Assembly (NCBI GenBank): GCA_965222615.1
Contig: CBDCUI010000008.1
Location: forward strand, 1-64,000
Direction: 5' to 3'
Length of the DNA: 64,000 nucleotides
Source of the DNA: Gammaproteobacteria bacterium
GTDB taxonomy: Bacteria; Pseudomonadota; Gammaproteobacteria; UBA4575
The notes beneath the pieces were generated by a model. That model saw only the letters and a list, made by a program, of their open reading frames with translations, searched no databases and was not told the DNA's origin. The translations under genes were made by a program, and so were the position numbers. Shown here piece by piece: positions 8,165-18,194 of this stretch (the first letter of the stretch is position 1; every line of letters starts with the position of its first letter).

Positions 8165-9001
8165 TCAATTATAGTTTGGCGGATAAGGGGCAAAACCTAT
8201 TTCATAGTCGTCTGGCCAAAATCGATTTGTGTCTTTATTTCTATAAAATCCGCAGTCAATAATAATTCCCTTTTGGCATAAGGTTTCGCGCCATTCATAT
8301 TTATAGAAATATTTGGCTTGTGCGCTACGCTTAGGATTAAAGTGCACACGATAAGCATGCGAAGTGGCATGTTCACCGAATCCTGTACCAGCCTCTCGTT
8401 TTATCATATCGCCGGTGGCAGGACTGGCTTCATATGACCCGTTTTCCGCAGCAGGTACTCTAGATTTCGCACGCTCTTTTTGGCTAAATTTTTTAAACGC
8501 ATCCTGTTTTTCTTCGTATACCGCAATGGCGATGACGCCCATAGCAGTATCATCACCAAATGCTTGAGCATAAGAGTCTTGGCTATCCGTAAAATAAAAG
8601 CGATGGATATCACTACTACTGGTACGCCAGCCTGAATAAGTCTGTGTTTGATAGGGGTCTAAAATATACATATTCTCGTGATGCTTTAAGTATGATTTTT
8701 TACCAGAAATAATATTCCGACCATCTACAGCAATTACCAAACCTAATCGTTGGTTTGAATGATTTCGAATGCGCAATGCATAATTGTTTCCGTTAATTGC
8801 TTCAAGATAGGCGCGATATTCGTTTTTAAGGTAACGCTTAGTAACTGGATAAACTGGCAAGGCACTACCATGATCAGTAATGATATCGATCTCAACTGAA
8901 CGGTAATTACCATCAAATCTACTCAATGCCATGGGTGAAGCTGTTAAACTTATGGCCCATACTGACCATAAAAGTCCTAATTTAAAAATATATGTGTTCA
9001 T
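8165..9001 (-). CDS. exported hypothetical protein
   Basis: 278-aa ORF with signal peptide, VDGRNIISG and GTGFGE motifs. No function recognised. Confidence 0.75.
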   Translation of the reverse strand: MNTYIFKLGLLWSVWAISLTASPMALSRFDGNYRSVEIDIITDHGSALPVYPVTKRYLKNEYRAYLEAINGNNYALRIRNHSNQRLGLVIAVDGRNIISGKKSYLKHHENMYILDPYQTQTYSGWRTSSSDIHRFYFTDSQDSYAQAFGDDTAMGVIAIAVYEEKQDAFKKFSQKERAKSRVPAAENGSYEASPATGDMIKREAGTGFGEHATSHAYRVHFNPKRSAQAKYFYKYEWRETLCQKGIIIDCGFYRNKDTNRFWPDDYEIGFAPYPPNYN

Positions 9002-9044
9002 GTGATATTCCCTTTTTGATTACATATCTGGTTCTTGACTTAAT

Positions 9045-9071
9045 AAACGAATAAATAATCGATTTGGGTTA
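9045..9071 (-). promoter_or_regulatory. candidate ECF-sigma promoter TAACCC-N16-CGTTT
   Basis: AAC/CGT bipartite ECF-like motif 44 bp upstream of the 9001 start. Confidence 0.4.
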
Positions 9072-9141
9072 ATCTAAGTCAGTGGAAAACTTATAAATCT
9101 ATAAACACGTTGCCATAACGCTGAATATTTAACCTAATTTA

Positions 9142-11412
9142 TTGATGCAAACCTCAAAAAACACTCCTGTTATTAAGGATTTAGTATTAATAGGAGGAGG
9201 GCATAGCCATGTGGCCGTGCTGAAGAAATTTGGCATGCAACCGTTGTCCGGGCTACAAATTACTTTGATCACGCGGGATATTCATACGCCTTATTCAGGT
9301 ATGTTACCGGGTTATATTGCTGGTCATTATTCTTATGATGAGAGTCACATTGACCTGCGCCCGCTAGCCCGTTTTGCCGGCGCTCAGCTTTTTCATATGC
9401 CTGCAACATTTCTAGATTTAGAGAATAAACAAGTCCTGTGTAGTGATCGTCCACCCATTCCTTATGACGTACTTTCAATCAATACCGGATCCACCCCTTC
9501 CCATATTGAAGTTCCTGGATCGAAGCAACATGCACTAGCCGTAAAACCCATTAATCATTTTTTACGTGGGTGGGATGCCGTTATGCATGATGTGGTTAAA
9601 CGCAAAGGCGATTATCAAATAGTTGTGGTCGGTGCTGGTGCAGGAGGCGTAGAAGTAACGCTGGCGACGCAATTTCATTTACGGCAATTGCTAAGTGAAA
9701 ATTCATTGCCAACGAATAAACTTCGCTACCATTTGATTTCTGGTAATGGCACGATTTTGCCTACCCATAATGAATCAGTGCAACAACGTTTTGAACGAAT
9801 TTTATTTGAACGCGATATCGCCGTGCATAGTGGTTGTAAAGCAAAACGTGTCGATAAAAACATTATCGAACTAGACAATGAAAAATCACTGCATGCCGAT
9901 GCCATAATATGGGCCACACATGCTTCAGCACCAAGTTGGTATAAAGAGTCCGGTCTTAGTGTAGATGAGCAGGGGTTTATAAAAGTAAATGATTCATTGC
10001 AATCTGTATCACATCCTGATGTGTTTGCAGCAGGTGATATTGCAACCGTAACGGATTACCCACGACCTAAATCGGGTGTCTTTGCAGTGCGTCAGGGCCC
10101 GCCCTTATATAAGAATATTAAACGTGCGCTCACTAGTCGGCCTCTTGAAAGGCATGTGCCTCAAATCAGCTTTTTAAGCTTAATCAGTACCGGAAATAAG
10201 TATGCAGTAGCCTCACGCAGCAAATTTGCATGGGAAGGGAGATGGGTGTGGAAGCTCAAGGACTATATCGATCGTAAATTTATGCGTAAATATAGCGAGC
10301 TTCCTGAAATGGTGGAAGATGAAACGATCAAAAGCGATTTAGTCAGTGCAGATGCCTTGCAAGAAATTTCTGCAATCGCGATGCGTTGTGGAGGCTGTGG
10401 TGCGAAAGTGGGTAGTAATGTTTTAAGTCGAGTAGTAAATCAATTATCGACCGTGCAGCGTGACGATGTACTTTTAGGCCTGAATGCGCCAGACGATGCC
10501 GCTGTACTTGAAGTCCCATTAGGCAAAGTACAAGTACAATCGGTAGATTATTTTCGTTCTTTTATTAATGATCCTTATGTATTTGGGCAGATTGCGGCAA
10601 ACCATAGTTTAGGGGATATATTTGCCATGGGTGCGGAAGCACAGGCCGCGATGGCTATTGCAACAGTTCCTTACGGTAAAGAGCAAGCGGTAGAACAACA
10701 GCTACATCAAATGATGGAGGGTGCTTTACAGGTATTAAATCAGCACAATGCGTCCCTGGTTGGCGGGCATTCTAGTGAAGGTGCAGAACTTTCCTTTGGG
10801 CTAAGTGTTACCGGTCTAATCGAAAAGCAAAGATTATTAGCAAAAGGTGGTATGCAAGTTGGCGATGCTATTCTGATTACCAAGCCAATTGGTACAGGTA
10901 CGTTGTTTGCAGCAGATATGCGCGGTAAGGCTAAAGGACGATGGATTACAAATGCGGTTAACTCTATGATCCATTCTAATCACGATGCTGCACAATGCTT
11001 ATATAATTATGCTGTGCATGCCTGTACAGACGTTACCGGTTTTGGTGTATTGGGCCATTTAGTAGAGATGTTGCGGGCAGCTGAGGTGGATATCAACATC
11101 GATATAAATGCTCTACCTATTCTTGAAGGAGCTTTGCAAACTATACAACTTGGAATTTTCAGTTCTTTGCAACCTTCAAATGTTCGGTTACGTCGTGCTA
11201 TTAAAAATCAGGAACAGGCAGTTGAACATGAGCTCTACCCATTATTATTTGACCCACAAACAGCAGGAGGGTTATTGGCAACGGTTCCTACAGAACATGC
11301 AGATTCATGCATTGCGAATTTGCATAAGCTAGGTTATCCACACGCTTGCGTGATTGGCCAAGTTCAACAACAGGCTGATGTTGTCGAGTCCATTTATATT
11401 AAAACAAGTTAA
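9142..11412 (+). CDS. selD: FAD-dependent oxidoreductase - selenide,water dikinase (SelD) fusion
   Basis: N-terminal GGGHSH/GAGAGG Rossmann motifs. C-terminal RCGGCGAKV, DDAAV, QSVDYF, GGHS, DVTGFG.LGH, DPQTAGGLL. Confidence 0.92.
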   Translation: MMQTSKNTPVIKDLVLIGGGHSHVAVLKKFGMQPLSGLQITLITRDIHTPYSGMLPGYIAGHYSYDESHIDLRPLARFAGAQLFHMPATFLDLENKQVLCSDRPPIPYDVLSINTGSTPSHIEVPGSKQHALAVKPINHFLRGWDAVMHDVVKRKGDYQIVVVGAGAGGVEVTLATQFHLRQLLSENSLPTNKLRYHLISGNGTILPTHNESVQQRFERILFERDIAVHSGCKAKRVDKNIIELDNEKSLHADAIIWATHASAPSWYKESGLSVDEQGFIKVNDSLQSVSHPDVFAAGDIATVTDYPRPKSGVFAVRQGPPLYKNIKRALTSRPLERHVPQISFLSLISTGNKYAVASRSKFAWEGRWVWKLKDYIDRKFMRKYSELPEMVEDETIKSDLVSADALQEISAIAMRCGGCGAKVGSNVLSRVVNQLSTVQRDDVLLGLNAPDDAAVLEVPLGKVQVQSVDYFRSFINDPYVFGQIAANHSLGDIFAMGAEAQAAMAIATVPYGKEQAVEQQLHQMMEGALQVLNQHNASLVGGHSSEGAELSFGLSVTGLIEKQRLLAKGGMQVGDAILITKPIGTGTLFAADMRGKAKGRWITNAVNSMIHSNHDAAQCLYNYAVHACTDVTGFGVLGHLVEMLRAAEVDINIDINALPILEGALQTIQLGIFSSLQPSNVRLRRAIKNQEQAVEHELYPLLFDPQTAGGLLATVPTEHADSCIANLHKLGYPHACVIGQVQQQADVVESIYIKTS

Positions 11413-11472
11413 ATTTCTGTATGTACGACTACCCTAGAGCAGTCTAAATGTGTTTTGAGGTAGGTTCTAGTA

Positions 11473-12279
11473 ATGAGTGTTACAGAAAAACATAATATCA
11501 AATATGTTGGGCTTATCCCTGCGGCAGGTCAAGCAACACGTCTAAAAAATTTACCATGTAGTAAAGAAATCTACTTACTGCGCATACATACTAAAGACGG
11601 AAAAGAACGTATACAACCAGCATGTTCATGTTTGTTGGATTCCTTTCGTTTGGCAAATGTTAACGATATTACGATGATCATCCGTCAGGGCAAGGAAGAC
11701 ATTGCTAAACAACTTGGCGATGGTAAGCAATATGGTGTTGCTATTGATTACTTGTACACACAAAAACCGTATGGACCACCCTATACCTTAGATGAAGCCT
11801 ATTCTCAGGTGCAGGGGAAATATATAGCAACAGGGTTCCCGGATATTTTATTTACTCCGCGTCACGCGATTAAGCTTTTAATAGAAAAGCAACAACAAAC
11901 CAAGGCGGAGGTAGTGTTAGGTCTTTTTCATGCGCCTGACCCCAAAAAAATGGATATGGTTGCATTTGATCAAGCAGGAAGAATTGAATCGATTCAGATT
12001 AAACCACAACATACTACGCTAGTATGGACATGGGTTTTGACCGTTTGGAGTCCTGTCTATACTGAATTTATGCATCAAAGTTTGCAGAAATTGCTAAATG
12101 AATTTGAAACAAAAACCCGTACGGAATGCCATGTAGGTACATTTTTTCAGTTAGCTCTTGAAGCAGGTATGACATTTGAACATGTATTTTTTAATAAAGG
12201 TGAGTTGGTTGACATTGGTACTCCAGAAGATTTAAGTCGAGTCGAACAAGTACTTGCACGAGAGAATTGGCGTGTTTAA
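11473..12279 (+). CDS. sugar-phosphate nucleotidyltransferase family protein
   Basis: GLIPAAGQATRL..LPCSKE, GFPDILF, DIGTPED. Confidence 0.85.
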   Translation: MSVTEKHNIKYVGLIPAAGQATRLKNLPCSKEIYLLRIHTKDGKERIQPACSCLLDSFRLANVNDITMIIRQGKEDIAKQLGDGKQYGVAIDYLYTQKPYGPPYTLDEAYSQVQGKYIATGFPDILFTPRHAIKLLIEKQQQTKAEVVLGLFHAPDPKKMDMVAFDQAGRIESIQIKPQHTTLVWTWVLTVWSPVYTEFMHQSLQKLLNEFETKTRTECHVGTFFQLALEAGMTFEHVFFNKGELVDIGTPEDLSRVEQVLARENWRV

Positions 12280-12290
12280 ATTTAAGCGAG

Positions 12291-12323
12291 CTTTGTTAAA
12301 AAATGTCTCGAAATGCACATTTA
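12291..12323 (+). repeat. partial copy of palindromic MITE-like repeat
   Basis: CTTTGTTAAAAAATGTCTC is identical to 40092-40110 and continues as a degenerate match. Confidence 0.6.
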
Positions 12324-12347
12324 TTTTCATAATTAGTAGGTATTAAC

Positions 12348-12956
12348 ATTAAATATCTTTGGCTCAGTATTTTTGCAAGTGTTTTAATATGGTCTGGAAT
12401 TAATCCTAAAGATCAACTCACTTGGTTTCTAGAAGTTTTACCGGCTATCATTGGTGTAGTGGTATTGGGGGTAACGTATAAATTTTTCAGGCTTACTCCA
12501 CTGGTTTATATCCTGATACTTATTCACTGCATTATTCTAATGATTGGGGGACACTATACCTATGCAGAAGTCCCTTTGTTTGATAGTTTGCAAGATCTGT
12601 TTGGCTTCACTCGCAATAATTACGATAAAGTAGGTCATTTTGCACAAGGTTTTATCCCAGCATTGATCGCAAGGGAAATCATAATTCGAAAAAATATTAT
12701 TCAAAATGCATTTTGGCAAAGTTTTTTTATCGTTTGTTTTTGTTTGGCATTAAGTGCATTGTATGAATTAATTGAATGGTGGGTAGCATTGGCATCTGGG
12801 GAAAGTGCCGAGGCTTTCTTAGGTACTCAAGGCTATGCTTGGGATACTCAGTCTGATATGTGGTTTGCTTTACTCGGTGCAATCATTGGCTTGCTGACAT
12901 TCAGCAGGCTACATAACCGACAACTTGAAAATCTTAAGTTTAAAACCATTGATTAG
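12348..12956 (+). CDS. DUF2238 (YjdF-like) inner-membrane protein; N-terminus extends to an ATT codon
   Basis: IGGHYTYAEVP, RNNYDKVGHFAQG, YELIEWW, FLGTQGYAWDTQSDM. Upstream in-frame KYLWLSIFASVLIWSGINPKDQLTWFLEV looks like the family N-terminus. Confidence 0.85.
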   Translation: MKYLWLSIFASVLIWSGINPKDQLTWFLEVLPAIIGVVVLGVTYKFFRLTPLVYILILIHCIILMIGGHYTYAEVPLFDSLQDLFGFTRNNYDKVGHFAQGFIPALIAREIIIRKNIIQNAFWQSFFIVCFCLALSALYELIEWWVALASGESAEAFLGTQGYAWDTQSDMWFALLGAIIGLLTFSRLHNRQLENLKFKTID

Positions 12957-13020
12957 ATCGACGTAGAATTTGTTTTTAAAACTGGGATTAGTTTTAAAAA
13001 TTTTGTTTTCTATATTATAT

Positions 13021-13056
13021 AAAGAAAGCCCGCTTATTTTTTAGCGGGCTTTCATT
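13021..13056. terminator. bidirectional intrinsic terminator
   Basis: GAAAGCCCGCT-N8-AGCGGGCTTTC hairpin. Confidence 0.8.
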
Positions 13057-13549
13057 GTAGGCTGGATTTTTGTTTGTGATGTTTTATCGCGTCGAGTCAT
13101 GCGTGGCTACGTTAATTTTGTCTTATCGAGTAATATTCTACTTATCTAAGACAGGAATATTAAGTTACGCCATGTCGATCTGCTTTTAGTTGTTTGGTAT
13201 GCCTACTTTCACAAACAACAATAAAACATCTACAGGTGCTAAGTTACGCCGAGTTTTTTATTCACACAATTAAAACTTCATTATGTTGTTAATTAAGTGC
13301 TTTAATGAAATGCCAGTAGTACGAATCATACTACTGCTTGTCATGTTTTTGGCTAAAAAGTAAACCTGTTGAGATGGAAGGAGTACTAACAAATGCTTTA
13401 TAAAACATATAGGAGTAATTACTTCTTAATCAAGTTTTCTTTATAAGCTGTTAATAAGCTTGAATTAAGTCTGCAGCATAAATGTGCATATCGAAAGCTG
13501 AAAGTTTGAGCGAACAAATTATATACAATAATTATATTTCTGGCAGTAA

Positions 13550-14503
13550 TTAAATAAATTTATTTAAAACCTTTTTCCAACCGTTTTTTTCCTTCTCATA
13601 GGTAAATAATTTGGCCTTTTTTCTACAAGTTAGTTGTAATTTATTTAATAAGGCTCTATCAGTTTCTACTCTTAGTAGTAAATTTCGTAAAGACTTGGTA
13701 TTACCTACTGCGTAATAACCCGCGTAGTCTTTACCCAACAAACCAATTGAACCATCTATATCTGAAGCGACGATCGGCAATCCTGCTACGCAAGCTTCAG
13801 AAATTACATTGGCGCCGCCTTCCATTCTTGAACTCAACACCATTAAATCTGCACTGGCGTATTCTTTACGTACTCGCCAATGCGGGACTTCTGCATACCA
13901 ATGGTAGCGAGGATTGATTTGCATTTCTTTTAATGCACGTTCGGCCCAAGGTTGAGAATGCGCTTTACCAAATTGCCTAACACGAATGCGTGAACTTTTG
14001 GGCAAGTTGCGGACTGCATAGGCGGTACGCAAGGGATCTTTTTCTTCGCGTAAATGACCCATTACACAGATATCAAAATAGCGTTTATTGTTTTTTTTCT
14101 TTTTGGCAATTGCCTTTGCAGATTGATGGATTACAAAAACTTTGTTTCGATAGATTTTAGGAATAGCAAGGTGGGCCAGATCATGCAGAGTTATCAATGC
14201 ATCGGCTATTTTAATGGAATGTAAAGTTGGTTTTGGATGAGTTTTTATAAACTTGTAAAGGTCTGTCCCAGTTAGAGCTACGATCAATGGTTTATTTGGA
14301 GCATCTATCTCAAACTGTTGAATAGGTTTAGCACTGCGCCAAGCATGTAAAGCTACCATTACATCATAGTTCTTTTTAGTATATTCGGTTGCCACTTCTA
14401 CACGATGACCTAGGTCAACGAGGATATTTTTCCACCTGATGGCTGTTGCGCGATTACCCGCACGTGAGTGAGGTAATGCTGGCGTGATAAGTATAATTTT
14501 CAT
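13550..14503 (-). CDS. senB: selenosugar synthase SenB-like GT-B glycosyltransferase
   Basis: ITPA...GNRATAIRW, ALHAWRS, LTGTDLY, GHLREEKDP, SRMEGGANV. Adjacent to an EgtB-like gene and near selD. Start placed at ATG 14503 (track uses GTG 14512). Confidence 0.85.
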   Translation of the reverse strand: MKIILITPALPHSRAGNRATAIRWKNILVDLGHRVEVATEYTKKNYDVMVALHAWRSAKPIQQFEIDAPNKPLIVALTGTDLYKFIKTHPKPTLHSIKIADALITLHDLAHLAIPKIYRNKVFVIHQSAKAIAKKKKNNKRYFDICVMGHLREEKDPLRTAYAVRNLPKSSRIRVRQFGKAHSQPWAERALKEMQINPRYHWYAEVPHWRVRKEYASADLMVLSSRMEGGANVISEACVAGLPIVASDIDGSIGLLGKDYAGYYAVGNTKSLRNLLLRVETDRALLNKLQLTCRKKAKLFTYEKEKNGWKKVLNKFI

Positions 14504-14558
14504 AGGAGCCACAATATAAATGCGTTATGGTATTGGATACTAGATTAATCATTTTCTA

Positions 14559-15884
14559 TTGCTGTATTTATTGTTAATGATGGATTATAGCCTGGCTACC
14601 GCCGAATCTTTATCCGCTGCATTGCTAGATGCGCGTTCTAGGACATTAGCTTTGGTTGAAGGGTTAAATGAGCAGCAATTACAAGGGCCTGTTTTGCCAA
14701 CGATTAACCCATTACGTTGGGAGATTGCCCATACTGCGTATTTTCATGAGGTTTGGGTATTACGTCATTTAGGCAAGTATCCACCCATACGTACAGATGC
14801 AGATGCGTTGTTTGATTCAATTTCTATTCAACATGACGAGCGTTGGGAATTACCTTTGCCGAATCTTGTTGACACATTTGTGTATATGAATGATGTGTTG
14901 CAAAACGAACTGGATCAACTTAAGCAAATCGATCTAAATGACAATGCAAAATACTTTTATTTGCTGGCGTTATTTCATGAAGATATGCACGGTGAGGCTT
15001 TTACGTACGCGCGGCAAACTTTGGCTTATCCAAGACCGAGTTTTATACAAGAAAAGCAAAATAAAGAGTTATATTCTGCTGTTAAGCAAGAAGATATTGA
15101 AATACCGGGCGGTAAATTTTTGCTCGGGGCGACACGCGAAAGTGGCTTTATTTTTGACAATGAAAAATGGGCGCATGAAATTACACTTGCGCCATTTAAA
15201 ATTGCTAAATACGCAGTTAGTAATGAAGGCTACTTAGAATTTGTAGAAGCAAATGGCTATCAAAATGAAAAGTATTGGTGTGAGGCGGGTTGGTTATGGC
15301 GTAACAAAACTAAACTAAATCATCCGGTCTACTGGAAACAAGACAGCGATAAAAAATGGTATCAACGACAGTTTAATCAATGGTTGCCGCTTGGTATGAG
15401 TGACGCTGCAATTCATATCAGTTGGTATGAAGCTCAGGCATTTTGTAATTGGGCAAATCGACGATTACCAACTGAAGCTGAGTGGGAGTTTGCAGCGGCA
15501 TGTGATCCCAATAATCAAGAAAAAAATCTAATGTTTAAGCGAGATTTCCCTTGGGGAGATGTCGATAACCGGGGTAATGCAAATCTAGATACCAATCATT
15601 CAGGTCCGGTAGAAGTTGGAGCATATCCGGCAGGCGATAGTGCATGGGGTTGCTGTCAAATGATTGGCAATGTGTGGGAATGGACGGCTTCAACTTTTTT
15701 ACCTTATCCAGGATTTTCACCGGACTGGTATACAGAATATTCGCGTCCATTATTCAAGCAGACAAAGGTATTACGTGGTGGTGCTTGGGTCACCCGTAGT
15801 CGCATGCTACGCAATACCTGGCGTAATTATTATGGACCGGATCGAAATGATGTGTTTGCCGGGTTTAGAACTTGTGCTAGGTAA
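14559..15884 (+). CDS. senA: selenoneine synthase SenA-like (EgtB-family DinB_2 + FGE-sulfatase)
   Basis: NPLRWEIAH, HEDMHGEA iron motif, RLPTEAEWE, GNVWEW, RNYYGPDRNDVFAGFR. Divergent from senB. The true start may be an ATG near 14578-14581. Confidence 0.85.
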   Translation: MLYLLLMMDYSLATAESLSAALLDARSRTLALVEGLNEQQLQGPVLPTINPLRWEIAHTAYFHEVWVLRHLGKYPPIRTDADALFDSISIQHDERWELPLPNLVDTFVYMNDVLQNELDQLKQIDLNDNAKYFYLLALFHEDMHGEAFTYARQTLAYPRPSFIQEKQNKELYSAVKQEDIEIPGGKFLLGATRESGFIFDNEKWAHEITLAPFKIAKYAVSNEGYLEFVEANGYQNEKYWCEAGWLWRNKTKLNHPVYWKQDSDKKWYQRQFNQWLPLGMSDAAIHISWYEAQAFCNWANRRLPTEAEWEFAAACDPNNQEKNLMFKRDFPWGDVDNRGNANLDTNHSGPVEVGAYPAGDSAWGCCQMIGNVWEWTASTFLPYPGFSPDWYTEYSRPLFKQTKVLRGGAWVTRSRMLRNTWRNYYGPDRNDVFAGFRTCAR

Positions 15885-15966
15885 GTGCCTATAAGTTGGC
15901 CGAGTATGAATATCTTTCGTTAATCTACTTTTTATCAATACAACTATATAAAAAAGAAGTTTTCCA

Positions 15967-16773
15967 ATGAGTTGGTGGGGTAAATTAGCAGGAGGTGGCC
16001 TTGGGTTTGCACTAGGTGGCCCACTTGGTGGCATGATTGGGGCGATCCTGGGCCATCAATTTGATAAATCAGCGTCTGGTCAGCATGGACGTGTGGGCTA
16101 TGATCCAGGTTCACAAGAACGCACCCAAGCGGCATTTTTTGCAGCAACATTCTCGGTGATGGGACATATTGCCAAAGCCGATGGCCGCGTCTCGCCCCAG
16201 GAAATTCAACTGGCTGAGCAAGTGATCGCGCAAATGCGTTTAAATAAGGAACAACGCAAGGCTGCAATCGCACTATTCAATCAAGGCAAACAAGACGATT
16301 TTGAAATCGACGAAGTGTTAGAGCAATTTCGTCGTGAATGTCGCCGCAAAATCACGCTGATACAGATGTTCATCGAAATTCAACTACAAGCCGCTTATGC
16401 AGATGGCACAAAACATCCAGAAGAAGAACGTATTTTAAGACATATATGTGAGGTGCTTAGTTATCCACAGGCACTATTGTCACAATTAGAGTCTTTAATT
16501 TTTGCACAACAGAGGAGTTATCAATATTCTAATACTGGTCGCAGTAGGCCAAGTACTGCATCAGAGCTGAAAAATGCCTATAAAATATTGGGTGTAAATG
16601 CTTCAGCAACCGATGCGGAGCTCAAGAAGGCGTATCGTAGATTAATGAGCCAACATCACCCTGATAAGTTAATTGCAAAGGGGTTGCCTGAAGAAATGAT
16701 AGAAATAGCAACGGATAAGACGCAAGAAATACAGAAGGCCTATGAGCTTATTAAAGCACAGCGTATAAAATAA
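15967..16773 (+). CDS. djlA: co-chaperone DjlA
   Basis: WWGK..GG, TerB-like MGHIAKADGRVS, J-domain LMSQHHPDKL. Confidence 0.95.
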   Translation: MSWWGKLAGGGLGFALGGPLGGMIGAILGHQFDKSASGQHGRVGYDPGSQERTQAAFFAATFSVMGHIAKADGRVSPQEIQLAEQVIAQMRLNKEQRKAAIALFNQGKQDDFEIDEVLEQFRRECRRKITLIQMFIEIQLQAAYADGTKHPEEERILRHICEVLSYPQALLSQLESLIFAQQRSYQYSNTGRSRPSTASELKNAYKILGVNASATDAELKKAYRRLMSQHHPDKLIAKGLPEEMIEIATDKTQEIQKAYELIKAQRIK

Positions 16774-17211
16774 CTTTATGAAACGCATTTTGAGAGGATG
16801 GGGAGTTGTCGGCAATACGAAAACTTGCAAATGAGTTCTATAATGTGATGGAAATCGAAGAGGTAGCACAAAGACTGTTAACAATGCATCTAAAAAAATA
16901 ATGATGTCACGTCTTAAACTGTATAAGTTTCTTACCCAGTGATTTGGCGGAGCAGAATTATTTGGGGCTCAATCTGTAAATGTCGAATAATGAGAATTAA
17001 AACACAGATGTTTAAATTTCACACAGTAAGAGAATAATCAACGGCTATATCGATATGCGAATCGTCATGGATAAGTTAGACTTTGAGGCAAGTATTTGGG
17101 AGTGAAATTATACAATTATTCGAACATATGATTGCCAAAATGTAAGCTATAAGAAGTTAAAGCTAATTTTATTTAACAAGAAACAAAAAATTTTTTTATA
17201 AGTTAAGAATT

Positions 17212-18192
17212 ATGACAAGACCATATAATATTTTAATGTGGATGGTGGTATTTGTGTTTGGTGCAGCTATTGCACTTACCTTTGTGTATGACCCTGTATT
17301 ATTCGCATTCAAAACCAATCCATGGTTTAACGCCTTAATTTTAATCGTACTAGTTGTTGGAATTGCGCATAATTTTCAACAAGTCATTAAGCTTTATAAA
17401 GAAATCGCATGGATAGATAATTTTCGTAACTCAGGAAATGCCAGGGCTTCTGGTGCAATTACACCTTTGTTAGCCCCTATGGCGCGTATGTTGTTAAAAA
17501 GAGAAAGTGATAATTTGACGTTATCAACGATGTCTATGCGATCTTTGTTGGACAGTATTGGGAATCGCTTAGAAGAGTCTAGAGATATATCGCGCTATTT
17601 AATCGGGTTGCTAATCTTTTTAGGCTTGCTGGGTACATTTTGGGGCTTATTGGCTACAGTGAGTTCGGTTGGGGATGTAATTAAAAATATGTCTACAGGG
17701 GATGGGAATAATTTGTTGTTGTTTGAGACTCTTAAAACTGGTTTACAACAACCTCTATCGGGTATGGGCATTGCCTTTAGCTCTTCATTATTTGGGTTAG
17801 CTGGTTCACTGGTATTGGGTTTTTTAGATCTACAAGCTGGGCATGCACAAAGACGGTTTTTTAATGAACTTGAGGAGTGGTTATCGGAGGTAACGCATTT
17901 ATCTTCAGGCGCTTTACCTGGAGATGGTGAGGCACCAGTTCCTGTTTATGTACAAGCGCTGTTGGAGCAAACCGCAGATGGGATTAATGACTTACAAAGG
18001 GCCTTAAGTGAGCAAACCAACGAACGTTCCAGGCTCGATGCGAATCTGCTTACACTTACTCAACAGCTCGCAGAGCTTGGAGAACATTTAAAACGAGATC
18101 AACAACCGTTCTCGGATGAATTGCGTAAAGAACTGCGTATCCTTACCAAAACCATTGGCGCATCCCTCTCCAAACGACAGGATATAAATTAA
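17212..18192 (+). CDS. MotA/TolQ/ExbB-family proton channel protein
   Basis: LIFLGLLGTFWGL and GMGIAFSSSLFGL transmembrane motifs. Confidence 0.85.
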   Translation: MTRPYNILMWMVVFVFGAAIALTFVYDPVLFAFKTNPWFNALILIVLVVGIAHNFQQVIKLYKEIAWIDNFRNSGNARASGAITPLLAPMARMLLKRESDNLTLSTMSMRSLLDSIGNRLEESRDISRYLIGLLIFLGLLGTFWGLLATVSSVGDVIKNMSTGDGNNLLLFETLKTGLQQPLSGMGIAFSSSLFGLAGSLVLGFLDLQAGHAQRRFFNELEEWLSEVTHLSSGALPGDGEAPVPVYVQALLEQTADGINDLQRALSEQTNERSRLDANLLTLTQQLAELGEHLKRDQQPFSDELRKELRILTKTIGASLSKRQDIN

Positions 18193-18194
18193 CT

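Noticed and set aside
13299-13316. Sigma54 promoter for the candidate sRNA
   Set aside because: GG-to-GC spacing is 12 nt, not the required 10.
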